64,000 nucleotides of DNA from Phaeosaccion multiseriatum (Eukaryota; Protista; Ochrophyta, other classes). The notes under the pieces were generated by a model. That model was not told the origin of the DNA, did no database searches, and saw nothing but the letters and a program-made list of their open reading frames with translations. Of this stretch, positions 12,737 to 26,200 are shown one piece after another. The translations under genes were made by a program, and so were the position numbers. Positions within the stretch are counted from its first letter, which is position 1, and each line of letters opens with the position of its first letter. The stretch covers positions 2,232,001 through 2,296,000 of the forward strand of contig OZ218963.1 of the NCBI GenBank assembly GCA_965112735.1, in the 5' to 3' direction.

Positions 12737-13628
12737 ATGAGATCGGCTGCAGAGATGCGAGCGCCGCACGTGAGCAAGAGCTTTACGGAGGAGCAAGTAT
12801 GGGAGAAGCGATTTGGGCTCAAGGAGGACCAAGTGAAGCGGGCAAGGGCCCTGATGCGGCTGGGGGTGACGGAAGAAGATCTTCGATTGGCCCAAAACCT
12901 TATGCGACCTGGAGCCGGCACGGCAGCTGGCGCAGGAGGAGCAGTGTCTGTCGACGGAGACGTAAGCAGCGGCGCGGGGGGGGAGGGAGGAGTTAGTGGC
13001 GGCAGCAGCAGTAGCGTCAGTGGAGCGAATTTGGCAAAGGTGGAACAACTGTTGGGGGTTGCCACTGACCAAATGGCCCTGGTCAAGGCACTGGACGTCT
13101 TGGGCATCACGCAGGAGAAGTTCGACGAGGAGCGCAGTCGTGCGCTGGGGATGTTAGGAGGTACGCAGAACAATGTGGCCGCGCCGGATCCGTACGACAG
13201 CAATGGCAGTGCCGCCGTCAACTCCTGCGGGCCGGGGGCCGCCTGCCTGCCGCTGCTCCAGTCTAACGCCAACGGCATTGAGGGGCAGCGACCAGGCAGG
13301 TCGCTCTCGTCCTCTTCCCTCCTGCTGCCCTTGAGGCCATCTGCGGGTAGCGCGGTCACCGGGGGAGTGACGAGAGGGACCAATGGGGGCGGGGGGCGTG
13401 CGGAGGTGAAGGAGGGGACACCGTCAGAGCTGGGGGACGAGGACGTGGGGGAAAGCAGCGGAGGAAGTCATAATGCTGCTGCTGCTACTCCTACTACTGC
13501 TGCTGCTGCTACTACTACTACTGCGGTTGCTTTGCCTTCTCCACCCCCCCCCCCGACCTCTGCAACTACAAATGCATTTGCCGAGTCGTCGTCTCCTTCA
13601 CCGCCCTCCGATAGTAGTGGTAGTACTA

Positions 13629-13697
<69 letters not shown>

Positions 13698-13897
13698 CTA
13701 CTACTGCTACTACTACTCCTGCTACTACGACTACTTCGACTACCGCTGATAGTTGCGGTGCCGAGGGCTTGCACGATGTAGGCATGCAGGAGACAGGGCA
13801 GGAGGAGCCGGACCAGGAGCAAGAGGCCAGCGATGTGCCTGCGAGTCAGAGCGAGGAGGGTGGCGAGACGCTTGTAGAGGCGGCGACGACAGAGTAG
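12737..13897 (+). CDS. Hypothetical protein with repeated (K/R)ALxxLG helical motifs and a Thr/Ser/Pro-rich tail
   Basis: 390-codon ORF with GC-ending codon bias in the N-terminal half, divergent from the UBL gene. Motifs RALMRLGVT, KVEQLLGVA, KALDVLGIT, RALGMLGGT. The start site is uncertain. Confidence 0.65.
13470..13745 (+). repeat. (ACT)n/(GCT)n/(CCT)n trinucleotide microsatellite block encoding poly-Thr/Ala/Pro
   Basis: Long actactact runs at ~13625-13740. Confidence 0.9.
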
Positions 13898-14245
13898 GGT
13901 AAGGGCAGCCGGTGTCTCAGGCGTGCCGGCCGGGGCAAGGGGACCAAGAGTTGGTCCGTGGTGGACGGGACAGGACGGGAGGAGGGAAGGACGCGAGGAA
14001 GACGCAAAGGGGCTTGGGTAGTAGAGCCCTCGATTGACGAGGGCCCTTCTATATCGCTCTTGTCTTTTGCTATGGACTTGTACAGTGGGAGGGTGAGGGT
14101 GTGGGGGTATTGTAGACCAACCGTAGCAAGTTTGAGGGAGTAAAGGTGGTAGAATCATTGGAAGAAGGACTTGTAGTGGTGTAAGTGTTTTAAAAAGAAA
14201 AGAAAACACCGTGTGATACACTTTTCACATGTAGCTCCTTACTAT

Positions 14246-17200
14246 TTACATCGCTGGGGCACTGCGCTGCAGCAGCTCGAACCACTGCCTCAGGGCATCG
14301 GAAAGCACCTCCGGCATGGCCTCAAAGCGCTGCAGCACAATGTAGTAAGGGAAAGGGTACTTCTCCAGATAAGGCACAAACTTGATGCCAGATCCTGAAC
14401 CGCCCTTGCTCGAGGCGCCTCCCCCCTTTCCTCTCTCCATCACCATGGTCTGCGTTATCGACGACCGTCCATCCCCCTCACCATCTACCACCACCATGAC
14501 CAGCAGCTGGCCCCTCTCTTGCATGCGACGCATCACTTGCTCAATGAACTTTGGGTGGTTCCGGTCGTAAAAGCCGTCTGAGATCATGAACACCAATTGC
14601 ATGGGCACGTGACTGGTGCCTGACGACGACGCCCGAGAGGCTCCCCCTCCACTCCTCGCGCGATCCATCATGTCCGCCATCCTCTCCAAAGCTGCCCTCA
14701 GGTCCGTTCTGGTCTGTGCAAAGGTGAAACTGCCAGCTACCCTCGCGCCCACCTCGTCGGAGAAGGGCTGCCCGCTACCCCCACCACAGGTACCCTCACC
14801 CTCGAAGCCATGCAGTATCTCAGCGTCATCTCCAAACTTCACGACGGCAATCTCGCCCACCTCCAGCTGAGTCAGGCCAGACGCCACTGTGCTGAGGGCC
14901 GCCAACGCAAGCACTCCTGCTCCGTTGGCCTTCATGGACTCGGAGTCATCAATCGCGAGCACCACTTGGTAGGCTCGCTTGGCTGGCTTGGTGCGTCGGA
15001 GCCAAATCTTGTCCTTACGAAACCCGGAGGCAATGTACGAAATGACCCGGCGCATGTTGATGCGCTTCCCTGCACGGTAATCGCCCTGCAGTTTGGTGGC
15101 CACCATTGGCTCCAACACGAGACGCAGCTGCTCACAGAGGCGGTTAGAGAGAGGGGCCGTGGCAGCTCGGAGCTTGTTCCATAGCTCCCGCCCGGCCTCC
15201 ATACTATGCAGGCCATCGCCTTGGCTTGCTGCCGCCTCTTGATGAAGTGCCAGTTGCCGTAGTTCCTCCCGGATGCGGGCATCCAGTTGGTCCTCCTGCG
15301 TCGTCGACTGTTGCTGAGTCTGCTTGTTGCGCATCCACTCCAAAGGGTTGGCGAACACCGCCCCGCTGCCCTCGATGCGCTTCTCCTCGCCCTCTTCACC
15401 CCCCATCACAGCTGCGCGGATATCATCGGCCTCGGTTTCGAGGGGATCGTCATCATCCTCCGCCTCCTTATTCTCATCTCCGTCTACAGTACCCTCCTTC
15501 TCCGGTCTCTCCTCCTCCTCCTCCTCCTCCTCCTTTGCCTCGTGCGAGGCATGGGTGCTTTTCTTTGACCCAGACTTCTTCGCCTTGTCTCTTTCAGCCT
15601 CCTCCTCCGCCTTTCCCTCTTCCTCCATCGCCGTCGACGCCTCCTCTGGACTGCCAGCCTCGACACCATCCAACGAGTCGGCCAGAGCATCATCCACACG
15701 CGCTTCCTCTGGCTGCTGATGCTCGTCGTATTCTACATTATCCTCTCCCTCTTCGTCTGGTTTAGGGGTGGGAAGAGTCGGCGCTTTTTGGTCGTCCGGC
15801 GCTGCACCGAGCACTTGTCCGGTCCCCTCGTCGCCACCCTCGGTGTACTCGAACTTGGCGTTCTCGTCCATCTCGCGCGCTTCGGGCTGATCCGACGACG
15901 GGGCGGCAGGAGGCTCTGTGCGCAAACCCGACGGAGGAGAGGAGGGGAGAGGAGAGCAAAGGTGCACATTACAGGGGGTCGTTCTGGACGCGACGCACTG
16001 CACGACTTGCATCACACACACACTCTTTCTTCCTCTATGTCATTGCTCGAACAAAGAAGAGCTTCCAAAAACGACTCAGCCTATCCCCCTTCGTGGGAGG
16101 GACTTGGACCTGAATTGAGTTCAAAGCGGAGTCCACTACAGACCCGCTCGCTGAGATTCCCACTTGTAAGGTGTAGTCATCATTGTCAAAGAAGCGCCCT
16201 CTGCTGTCATCCCCGCCAAGAAAGTAAAACGAGGTAGAACGATACCCCCCCTCACCCCTTGACCAGACCTATTCTATCCTTTCGGCTGACATCAGCCACA
16301 CAACCACGATTGGACACACACACACACACCTGCCTCGCCCTGCTGCTCCTCCTCCTCCTGTAACATGTCCAGACGCTTATGCCAGTGCTGCAGAGCGTCG
16401 CCGGGGTTCCGGAACGGGTTGGGCGCTTCCTTGCGGCGTCGCTTGGCATCAGCAGCCTTGGCACTCTCCTCCTGCTCCTCTCGATTGGCGTCGTCTCCTC
16501 CACCCTCTTCGTCGCCTTCATCCTGCTTGTCGGGCCGCCACTCTCCTTCACCTCCATCATCCTCCCGCCCGTCGTTGGTGTCGTCCTTGCCCTCCTGCCC
16601 ACCCTCATCATCATCCTCCCCTCCCTCTTGCTCCTCCTCCTCATCCTCCTTCCCTTCGCCCCCCTCCTGAGCCTCCGCCTCCTTCTCCGCCTCCACCTCT
16701 TCGAGCACCGCACTGCTGCCTCCCTTCGCAGCGACACCATGCGTCGGCTCCTCCGGGGCCCCCGTATCTTGCTGAGGCTCATCAGGGTCCTCCTCCTCCT
16801 CCTCCTCCTCCTCCTCCTCCTCCTCCTCGCCCCCCTCTTTGCCCTTCTCCTCCGTATTCACAACCTCAGGGTTGCCCGCAATCCCCGCCGCTTGCATGTC
16901 CTGTTCCTCCTCCATCTTGGTGTCCTCATCCTTCTCATCCCCCCCTTCTTTCTCTTCCTCATCAGCTGGAGTGGTCGTGTCTGGCCCCTCTTCTTCTCCG
17001 TCCGAGCCTCCTGCTGAGGCTTCCTCCATGCCCCCGCCTTCCTCCTCCTCCACCTCCTCCTCCTCCTTCCCGTCATCGGCTCCGTCCAGGTTAAGGCTAT
17101 CAGGAACGTCATCTTCTCCCTCTCCATCAGCCCCTCCCTCTTCGTCAACATCCATTGCCTCCTCCTCCTGCCGCACGTCGATACCCGCTGGCTTTTCCTC

Positions 17201-20200
17201 GTAATCGTCCTGCAAGTCTTCATTAATCGGTCCACGGTCCTCCTCTCCATTGTCACCTTCGCGCTCTTCTTCATCCTCGCCCCCATCTCCCTCCTCCTGC
17301 TCTTTCTCCCCCTCGTTCCCTGGCTTCTTCTTCTCGCCTTCTTCCTCCTCCCCCTTCTTCTTGTCATCATCCTCTCCTTCCGCATCCTCTCCGTCCTCTT
17401 TCGTCCGCATCTCGTCCTCGATAGCTTCGCCCTCCATCTTTGAATCTTTCTCAAACTTCTCCTTCTTCTCCTCGCGCCCCTCATCCTCTCCTTCGTCTTC
17501 ATCCTCACTATCCCACATCTTCTCATCTACAACATTGGCATCGTCTCCCGCATCGCCCATTTCTCTCTCGAGCTCTTCTTCGGCATCCTCCCCCTCGTCT
17601 TCTTCGTTTTCTTCCTCCTTCTCCTCGTCGGGCAAATCGAACAGCTCCCCATCGAAATCTTGCTGCATCTCCATGCCTTCATCCTTCTCCTCTTCTCCCA
17701 GCTCCTTCTTCGTCTCTTCCTCATTCCCACCCTTGTCAGCACCTTCTTCCCTCTCCTCCTGTAGACCCAACAGCTGCTCCTCGTCCTCAATCTGGTCACT
17801 AACATCTTTCTTGCCCTCCCCTTCTCCCATGCCCGTTCCCTCGACATCGTCCGTGAACTGCATCCCCTCCGCATCCCCGTCCCCGTCCGCCTCCGACTCC
17901 ACCGTTTCGTCTGAACAAAGCCCCTTGGCCAAGAGCGTCCGAAACACGCGAACGCACACGTAGTGCAGCTTGCTCGTGCTCTGCCGTGACACATACACAC
18001 ACATACACACACGCACACACACAAGAAGACGCAAGAAAGAAAGTAGGTTTAAATGAGAGTGGGCGAGACAAGCAGCAGAGCTTGGACAGTTACAAAAGAA
18101 GCAAGAAGGGGGGGGGGCGGTCCTCATACGAAAGATGGTGATCTGTTTTCAAATCCACATATATGCGTTAAGAGTGGTGCATGAACTTTATAATCCTCGG
18201 AGCCGCCCGTCTATTGAATGCAGAGCTTTTGATTCAAGAGAGCCCAGAAAGGGGACAAAACAAAAACACCAAAGTAGCACACACACACACACACACACAC
18301 ACAAAGTTTCGATCTGACGGACCGTGTGACTGACCGTAACTCACTCACCTTTTGGCATGCCACAACGCCTTTCAAGAAAGTCCCTGCGGCCGCCTCCAGT
18401 TGGCGGGCCAGCCACAGCAAGTCCGCCACAAGACCACCGAATGTCTCTCCGGCCAGCACCAGCAGGGGGTGCCCCGCGTATCCCCGAGAGGCAGCGATGG
18501 CAGAGAAGTCCCGCAAGGCTGAGGACACTGCGACCAGCGCCGCGCCAGACCGCGACAGACGCAGCTGCTTGGCCTGCTTGAACATGCGCTGGTGCCTGTC
18601 TAACAGCGTCCCAGCCGAAGCTCCTCCCTCTTCCTCTTCCTCCTTTCCGCTTTGTTGGTGCCGCTTCCCATACTCGGTCGACGCCAGCGCTTGCACGCTG
18701 AGCAGCATTGCTTCCACAGCTGCCTGCAGGGTTCGCTGCATGCGCTCTGCCGTGTGTGTCACCACCACCTCGTCCTCCTCCTCCACCTTCCTCTCTCCCT
18801 GTCCCGCTCCCAACTCCTTCTCCTGCTCCTCCTCCTCCTCCTGCTGCTGCTCCACCCCCACCCCAGACACGGTCACCAGGGCACCCGTACCTTTGCCCAT
18901 CAACGACAACGTCTGCGGGAGTGCCACGGCCAGCCACGCTTGCATTGCTCCTGTCTCCATTTCGCTCGCTCCCCTCCGCGCCACCCCACGCAACAGCGTC
19001 TGTATCCTCTCCAGTGCTGCACTCACTGCCTGCGGAAAGTCGTGTCTTTCCACTGCTGAAGAGAGTTCTGCTTCGGCCGTGGATATCGCGTCTTGTGCTG
19101 TGAGCGCTACACAAGCAGCCTTGCCTCCTAGCAAGGGTTGAAGTGGTCTGGTCATGGCCATGCCGCCTTCGTGAGTCATGGCGACTGCAGCAGCGCTGCT
19201 AGTAGCACTACTGCCACCACCACCACCACCACCACCACCACCATCCAGCTGCCCCCGTAAAGCCCCAGCTGTGGCGCCCAGGCACTTCTCCACTCTCGTG
19301 ACGATGGGCAGGACAGCCCCGAGCTCCTGAATGGCCCGTCTATGCCTTGGCGCAGCCTCGTCGAGAGCGTTGCAGCCCGTTTGGAGCACTGCCCTCATCA
19401 TCAAGGAGAGCTCTCGGAGCGCTTCCAAAGCGAGACACGCCCCTTGCTGTTGGGCTCGGAGAATGGCCGCAAGGGGGGCCTGGGGAGGCAGGAGGAGTGG
19501 ATGGTGCGCGTTGAGCTCAACGACCAGTCGGGCTGCACCCTTCTCCTCCTTCTCCTGCTTTGCCTGCTCCTGCTGTGGGCGGCCACTGGAGAAAGCTCCC
19601 GCTGCCGCAGCTCCTGCTGTCCCCGCTGCTACCTCTTGTGCAGCGGCAGCGGGGGCAGCGCCGCAGCTCTCCAATGTTCTTAGCGCTGCTACAGTCGCCA
19701 CAAGTCCGTTTACTTCCTCCGTCACCTCACACACCATTGCCCTCTGCTGCAGCACCAACATCTGCAGGTGCTCACTCAGACCAAGCATGAGGCCGGACTC
19801 CCTTCGCGAAACGTCTCTCGTGGATGCGAAGGCCCCCTCTTCCAACCTCAGTCGCTGCTGCTCCGCCAGTCCTTTGAAGAAGTATCTCTCCGCGGAGCCC
19901 CACATGTCAGCGGACGAGCGAGGCGTTAGACTCAGAGGCATGCCGCCCTTGGCATAGCGCAGCGACAAGTGCAAGCCGGGCGAGGACAGTGACATGACTC
20001 GCCGCAAGTCCCTTGCTTCTTGTGGAGCGGCCGCCGAGCGTGCCGAGAGTCCTTGTCTCTGCAAGCCCCTAATGAGGTCAAGCACGGCGCGCTTCTTCAC
20101 AGCCCTTGTAGCCACGTGAGCCTTCTTGGTCGTCGTTCCGTTCTCCCCCTCTTGTCCTCCCACCCCTGCCGCTTGTGCATCACCAACGCCCCCGCCACTA

Positions 20201-23200
20201 CTCCCCTCCCTGAGAGTGTGAATCCGCCCAAAGATGGCCAAACTCAGCTCCTCCGCGAGCCGCGCCACTTCGAAGCCCTGTCCTCCTCCGCACCCAGGCA
20301 GCATCTCTTGCTGCTGCTGCTGCTGTTGCTCTTGTTCGCGTAGACGCTTCCCCTGCCCACCGCCTGACCCCTTTCCGAACACCACCCTCCTCAGGTGGCG
20401 CTGCATGCGATGTGCAAGCGAAGGAAGCCTTGCCAGCAATGTTGAGGACAATCGCGGCTCGTGACTGTCATCGTGAGCATCTGAAACGGCGCCCGCCAAG
20501 AGCGGGGTCGACAGGCATTGGGGAAGCACCGTCCCCGTCTCTGAGAGGAGTGTCGAGGCCTGGTCCACACTCTGCTGCTGCTGTTGCAGGACGTTGTGGA
20601 AAGGCCCAAGCGTGTAGAGCTCTCTTGGCTCCACCAGCACCTCGCTCTCCAGCGCCGCCAGCGTTGTGACCGGGGGCTGCACCATCAGCATGGACTTGAC
20701 CACGTGACGACTTCTCTTTCCGACCTTCTTCTCCTTCTTCTTGCCCTTCCCCTTCCCGCGTGTCACGTCATCCTCCTTCTCCTCATCGCCGCCATCACCC
20801 CCTCTCTCCTCCTCCTCCTCCTCCTCCTCCTCCTCCTCCTCTGCCTTGCTGCTGCTTCTGTGACGAGCAGGTGGAGCGAGGTCCGCTGCTCCCGTCTCAG
20901 CATCGAAGCGCGACACATGCATAAACATGGAGGCGTGAGAAGGGACTTCGGTTGACGGGGGCGGGGCCATGCCCTCCTTCCGCTCGCCAATGCCTACGGT
21001 GATGACCCTGAGAATGATGCTGCTGGCCGGTCCCTGTGTGGCATCGGGGCCGGACCGAGGTGGGTAAACATACATTCATGCATTCATTCATTCATTGGTT
21101 CATTCCCCACGTCCCGGGCCATTTGCAACAGCAGAAAGACGGACAAGACAGACAGAGAATATTGAAGCAGGCAGGCAGGCAAGCACAGGGCGAGAGAGAG
21201 GCACGTGAGGATGGGAGGGGTGTAGAAATTGGGGTGCGCACCGATGGCGACCCAAACTTGGACTGATTTGGTTGCCATCTCTCCTCTCTCCCCGAGGAAA
21301 GAAAAGACAGATTCGAAACCACACTACAGTTGCATGTGGCTGCGTGCGTGGGTATGGGGGCAATATAATGATGGAGGGTTAAGGCTTCAGTGCCACAGAA
21401 ATTGGCAGATATTTGGAGTCTCATTACGCCAATGATATATTGGCGCGTCGAAGGTGTCCTAAGTATATGATAAATCGTCATCGCCTTGCCGCACCATCAA
21501 TTAATAACACCAATTCCCATCTCCTTCTCTTACTTAATCTTAACTAACACATGTTCCCTCTCCCACACACCTGAAGAATGTCGTCGTACTCCCTGACGAG
21601 CTTGGTCAGCTTGCGATGCGACTTTTCCGACGCCTCCGCCAGAGAGTAGTACGTCTGTTCATCCCACTTGCTGAGCCGGGCCTCGCCCTTGAGCTTCTTC
21701 TCCACGCCATCTCGGAGGCTCTCGCGAGTGCTCGATATGTCTCCCGAAAACTGAGAAGAGAGGAGAAGAGAAGAGGGGCGAAGAGGCGCAAAGCAACACA
21801 CACACCACCAGGGGAGTAAGGTGTGTGGTGGTAGCAGGGGGTGGGGTGGGTGGGGATTCGAAGCGAACAAAAGAAAGGATGAGAAAAGAAAGACACAAAC
21901 TTGAAAGTGTCGACACCACAAACAGGTCCGGCTTTGGTTTGGACCAATGGAAGAAGGTTTGGGGGACGTTGTCGTTATGGTACCCAACTTGGGGTAACAT
22001 ATTTCGTTCTCAGCAAAAAGTTGTTTGAAGCATGGCGACCAAACAGAGGGTCGAATCATAGTTTAATTAAAACGTTTTTGAAGCATCAGAGAACATGAAT
22101 CCGCCAACTCCCTCTCTCCCGATGGAGCAGGATGGAGCATGTCGCGCCCAAACAACTTGAAGCAGTTGTCACACCCCGCCCTTCTCCCCCCCCCTCAAAT
22201 CTCACCTGGTCGTAGTAGCGCCACAGCGAATGGAGGAGATTCGCTGCCTCCTCCGCCTGCCGCTGCGGCTGCTGCTTCATTGTGGCACCAGCGGCTCCTG
22301 CCATGTTTGTAGTTGCCACACCCCCTGCCTCCTCGACCATCCCACTGGATGAGCCACCACAACCGCTAGGAAGGGTCGTCGCGACAAGCTCTGTCGTGAG
22401 TCCTGCCTGGGCTGCAAAGGCCCGGATCATGTCCAGACGGGCCGCAAAGTCCCCGAGGGTGGAGGTGCGGAGGAAGTCATCCAAAGCCGAGAAGAGCTCC
22501 GGTTTGATGGCACAGTCTCTTCCTTTACCCTCACCCTTGTCCTCACCCCCGCCTTGAGTCTTGAGCAAGCCCTGCCAAAGCCAGCTGGGAGGAGACCCAG
22601 CAGGGGCGATGAACTCGACTTTTGCTGACGCTTCTGACGCCCCTGAATCCTCTGGCACCTGTACTTGTTTGCTCTGGACGTCCCCTCCGACTGCAGTAAC
22701 TTTCTCGCGCATACCAATGTGATCGGCAAGAAGGCCATACAGAGGGAGCCACAGCCGATGCGCATTACTCTGTGCCCTCTTCTCTCGCTCATCCAGCATA
22801 CGAGCCCAACCCGCAAGCTCCAGCTTTCTCCACCGCGCCACGAGCGAGGAGAGAGGCTTGAGCTCGGCAGTCAGGCTCACGCCTCTGTGTGCGAACTGCT
22901 CCCAGTCTTGCGACTGTCGCAACAGAAGCTCGACTCCGGCAAGCACGGCGGCCACGGGAGAGTGAAGTGGCAACCGTCGCAAGCGGTCCGACAGACGAGC
23001 GATCCGCACCAAGACGGCATGCCCCGGGAACTGCCCAAACAGCTCAACGACCCTGTGCATAAGGTGAGAGAGAGGGGCGTCCACAAGCTTCACCTCAGGA
23101 GGGTTGGAGCCACGCTGAAAGTCGAGGGCTGTACTCGACGACGATGCTTCCCCAGACCCGGGAAGAGGAAACAAGCGTCGAAGAGAACGCTGCAGCTCCT

Positions 23201-26200
23201 CCTCCCACTCTCTTCCGTCCTCCCTCCTTCCCTTCCTCGCCCTCGTCTTGTACTTGCTGCTGCTCTTCTTTTTGTGCGCCTTGTCCTTCACCTCGGCGAC
23301 AGATGTTGCACCCTTTGAGCAAGCCGCCGCTGCGTCGGCCAGCGCCAGCAAGTGGCTGCAACAAAACGCACTCTCGCCCACGCGCACAGAACTACTCGCG
23401 TTGAGCGCTTGTCCTTCGCACATGGCATCCGTCTCCTCCGCGAGTAGAACTGCGGCGCGGTACGACGCTCGGGCGACCGAAAGACGCATCTCGTCGGTCA
23501 CCGCCACCGCTCCTCCTCCTCCTTCACCACCGATATGTCCCAGGCAGACGCGCGCATGCAACCCCACAAGGACGGAAACCTGCTCCTTGGAAAGTGTGCC
23601 CATTGCACGCGTGAAGGGATCCACTTGCGGCTTCTGCTGCTGCTGCTGCCGTTGCTTCTGCGGGTCGGACGTATCATTGGTGCCATCCCCACCACCACCA
23701 CCATTGCTGCTGTTGCTGAGGTCCACTAGGTCGTTGAAATCCTTGCGGTAGTCGGGAAAGAGTTCTTGGTGCATACGCTCGTCCTCTTCCGTCTCGTCCT
23801 TGGACTGTTCGCGTTAGATACATGTGTACACATAAACATACAAGCACAAAGCACAGCACAGAACATGCATGAGGGGGTAGCAAATTGATGTGCAGCCTGC
23901 CGACTCATGCGAACACAACAACGAAGAAATTGACTTGGTTTGCCCACCCTCCTCCCCCTCTCCTCCCCGCCGTGTGGTCAGCTAGGAATGGGACAAAAGC
24001 ATTTGATTGTGCGGTCTTCACTCACCGTATGCTCCTGCATCTTGTACTGGAGCAGCTCTGCTTCCTTCTCGCGCTTCACTCGCGCCTCCTCCTCCACCTT
24101 CCTCCACGCCACTACCACCAAGTCAAGCCCCCCCCACACGAGCTCCAAGCCCTGCTGTCGACTGAGCACTGCTCCGCCACTCATGTGCAGCTCCACTCGA
24201 GCCAAGACAGCCTGTAGCGTCACAACATGCCGCACACGGGCTAAGCGGCTCGTCGGCATAGCGCTGTCCCCACTCCCCGATAACACCTTCGCAGCCGCAG
24301 CGGCGCCAACAGCAGCGCCCATCTCTCCAGCCTCAGCGAGGGCGGCGAGACTTTGCGAAACGACACCGTAGACTCCTTCATCCCTGCTACATCCCACCTC
24401 ATCTCCCTCTTCCTGCATCGCCCCCCCTCTCTCCAAGTGTCCGACTTCGACCAGACTCCCTCCCCCGGGGGGCAAGCTGAAAGGGTAGCCCAGCATCAAC
24501 CCCTGCATGGCGCTCTGAGAGTCGCTGGCCTGCGCTCCGCTTGCCGTTACGATGAGTCGCGCCGGACCGACAACGGCACCAGGCTCGCAGCTCGGCGTCG
24601 ATGACGCCACAAGGAGAGCGAGGGAGGCTTGTGTTGATTGCACCGCCTCTGTGATCATGGGCACAACGTCTCCAAAGCTCGGTGCGTACCCTGTGCGCAA
24701 TCTGCTCACAAACGCGCTCGCACTGGCGTCCCAAGCCGCTGCCTCCCGCACCCCGTCCAACAATGCTCTAGTGCTGGTACTGTTGTCGTTGCTGCTGCTG
24801 CTGCTCCTCCTAGAGCTGTCTGCCAGTTTGGTGCTCAGTTGCGCAAGCCGTCCACTAGCCAGCACGCCCCTTCGCGCCGACCGCAGCTCTCGGAAAAGGC
24901 CCGCGAAAGACGCTGCTGCACTTACTCTCCCTCCTCCTCCTCCTCCTCCTCCATGTCCGTCGCGGCTCGCCTCGGCACTGGTCCCTGGTGCCGCAGGGCT
25001 ACCAAGGCGCTCGATGCATCGGAGCTGTAGAGTCGCAATCCCAGCCTTGAGCTCGCTTGTCTGCTGCAGCAATAAAGGCATGAACATCACCCCCTCTGGG
25101 GAAAAGTCTTCTCCTCGGGTAAGGCGATGGTGCCAGCGCCTCGCCGTCACCGCTCGTGTGAGGTCCTCCACTCGTGCCTGTAGGACTCCCCTCTGCAGAG
25201 CCGGTCGCACAGCAGGGTCCACTGGTGTGGCAGGGAGCAGCAGCTGCACTCTGAGCCACGCAACGAGAGTGGAAGCAAAAGCTGTGCATCGGAGGGCGGT
25301 CTGGGTGGAGGCATCCGTTCTTCCCACTTGCTGGCTCCTGCTGGACACCAGCCTCGACCTCGCTTCCTCCAGATGTAGCACAGCAGGGGTCACCAGCGAG
25401 TGCCACAGCTCCACCAGTACTCGGTGTGAGTTTCCTCGGAGGGCCGGGATGCATACTCTATCCAGCTCTTGCCTGCAGTCGCTGCTGCCTCTGCTGTTGC
25501 TGTTGCTGCTCCCCTCCTCCCCTCCTGGTGCCCAGCCCGTCGTTCGAATGCGCTGCAGCAAGGTGATGACTGCCCTGTGCTGCGTCTCGTCTTGGAAAGT
25601 TTCCTTCATGGCACGCAGCGTCTGAAGGAGTCTCCACCACGCCAGCCTGAGCAGCATCTGCACCAGCCGCGATCCTCCTCCGTCACCACCTCCACCGCTT
25701 ACAGCAACAGCAGGAGCAGCAGCAGCACGACCCGATGTCGAAGAGGATGAGAGCAACAGCAGCCACCCGACCATGGATTGGAACTGCCCCACTCGCGCCT
25801 GCACATTCATGATGGATACTTCTGCCGCGCTGGTGCCGTCGGCCAGGGCCAACACTTGCTGCTCAGCTGCCCGACTCATGACCACGCTTCGCAGAAGACG
25901 TAGCACCAGGCCACTTCGAGCACATTGGAACAGCCGAGGGAGACCATGCGACAGAGGCGAAGCGCTCTCTTGGTCCTGCAGTGATGGCTGCTGCTGTCCT
26001 CCTTCTCCTCCTTCTTGGGCAGGCAAGATAGTAGGTGGGGCGAGCTCCAAAGACAGAGAGGCCGAGTCGATGAAGAGGGCCTGGGACGGGCGAGACAAGC
26101 GCCCCATCCACGACTCGTGCATGGCCGGTAGCAATCGCCACAACAGTCCACACAGAGGAGCCTGCCAAGAGGCCGTGTCAACACTCTTGATGCTCGACTG

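Noticed and set aside
23975-24022. C/D snoRNA (TGAAGA...CTGA) in the 221-bp intron
   Set aside because: It is only ~45 nt, abuts the splice donor, and has an imperfect guide and no stem.
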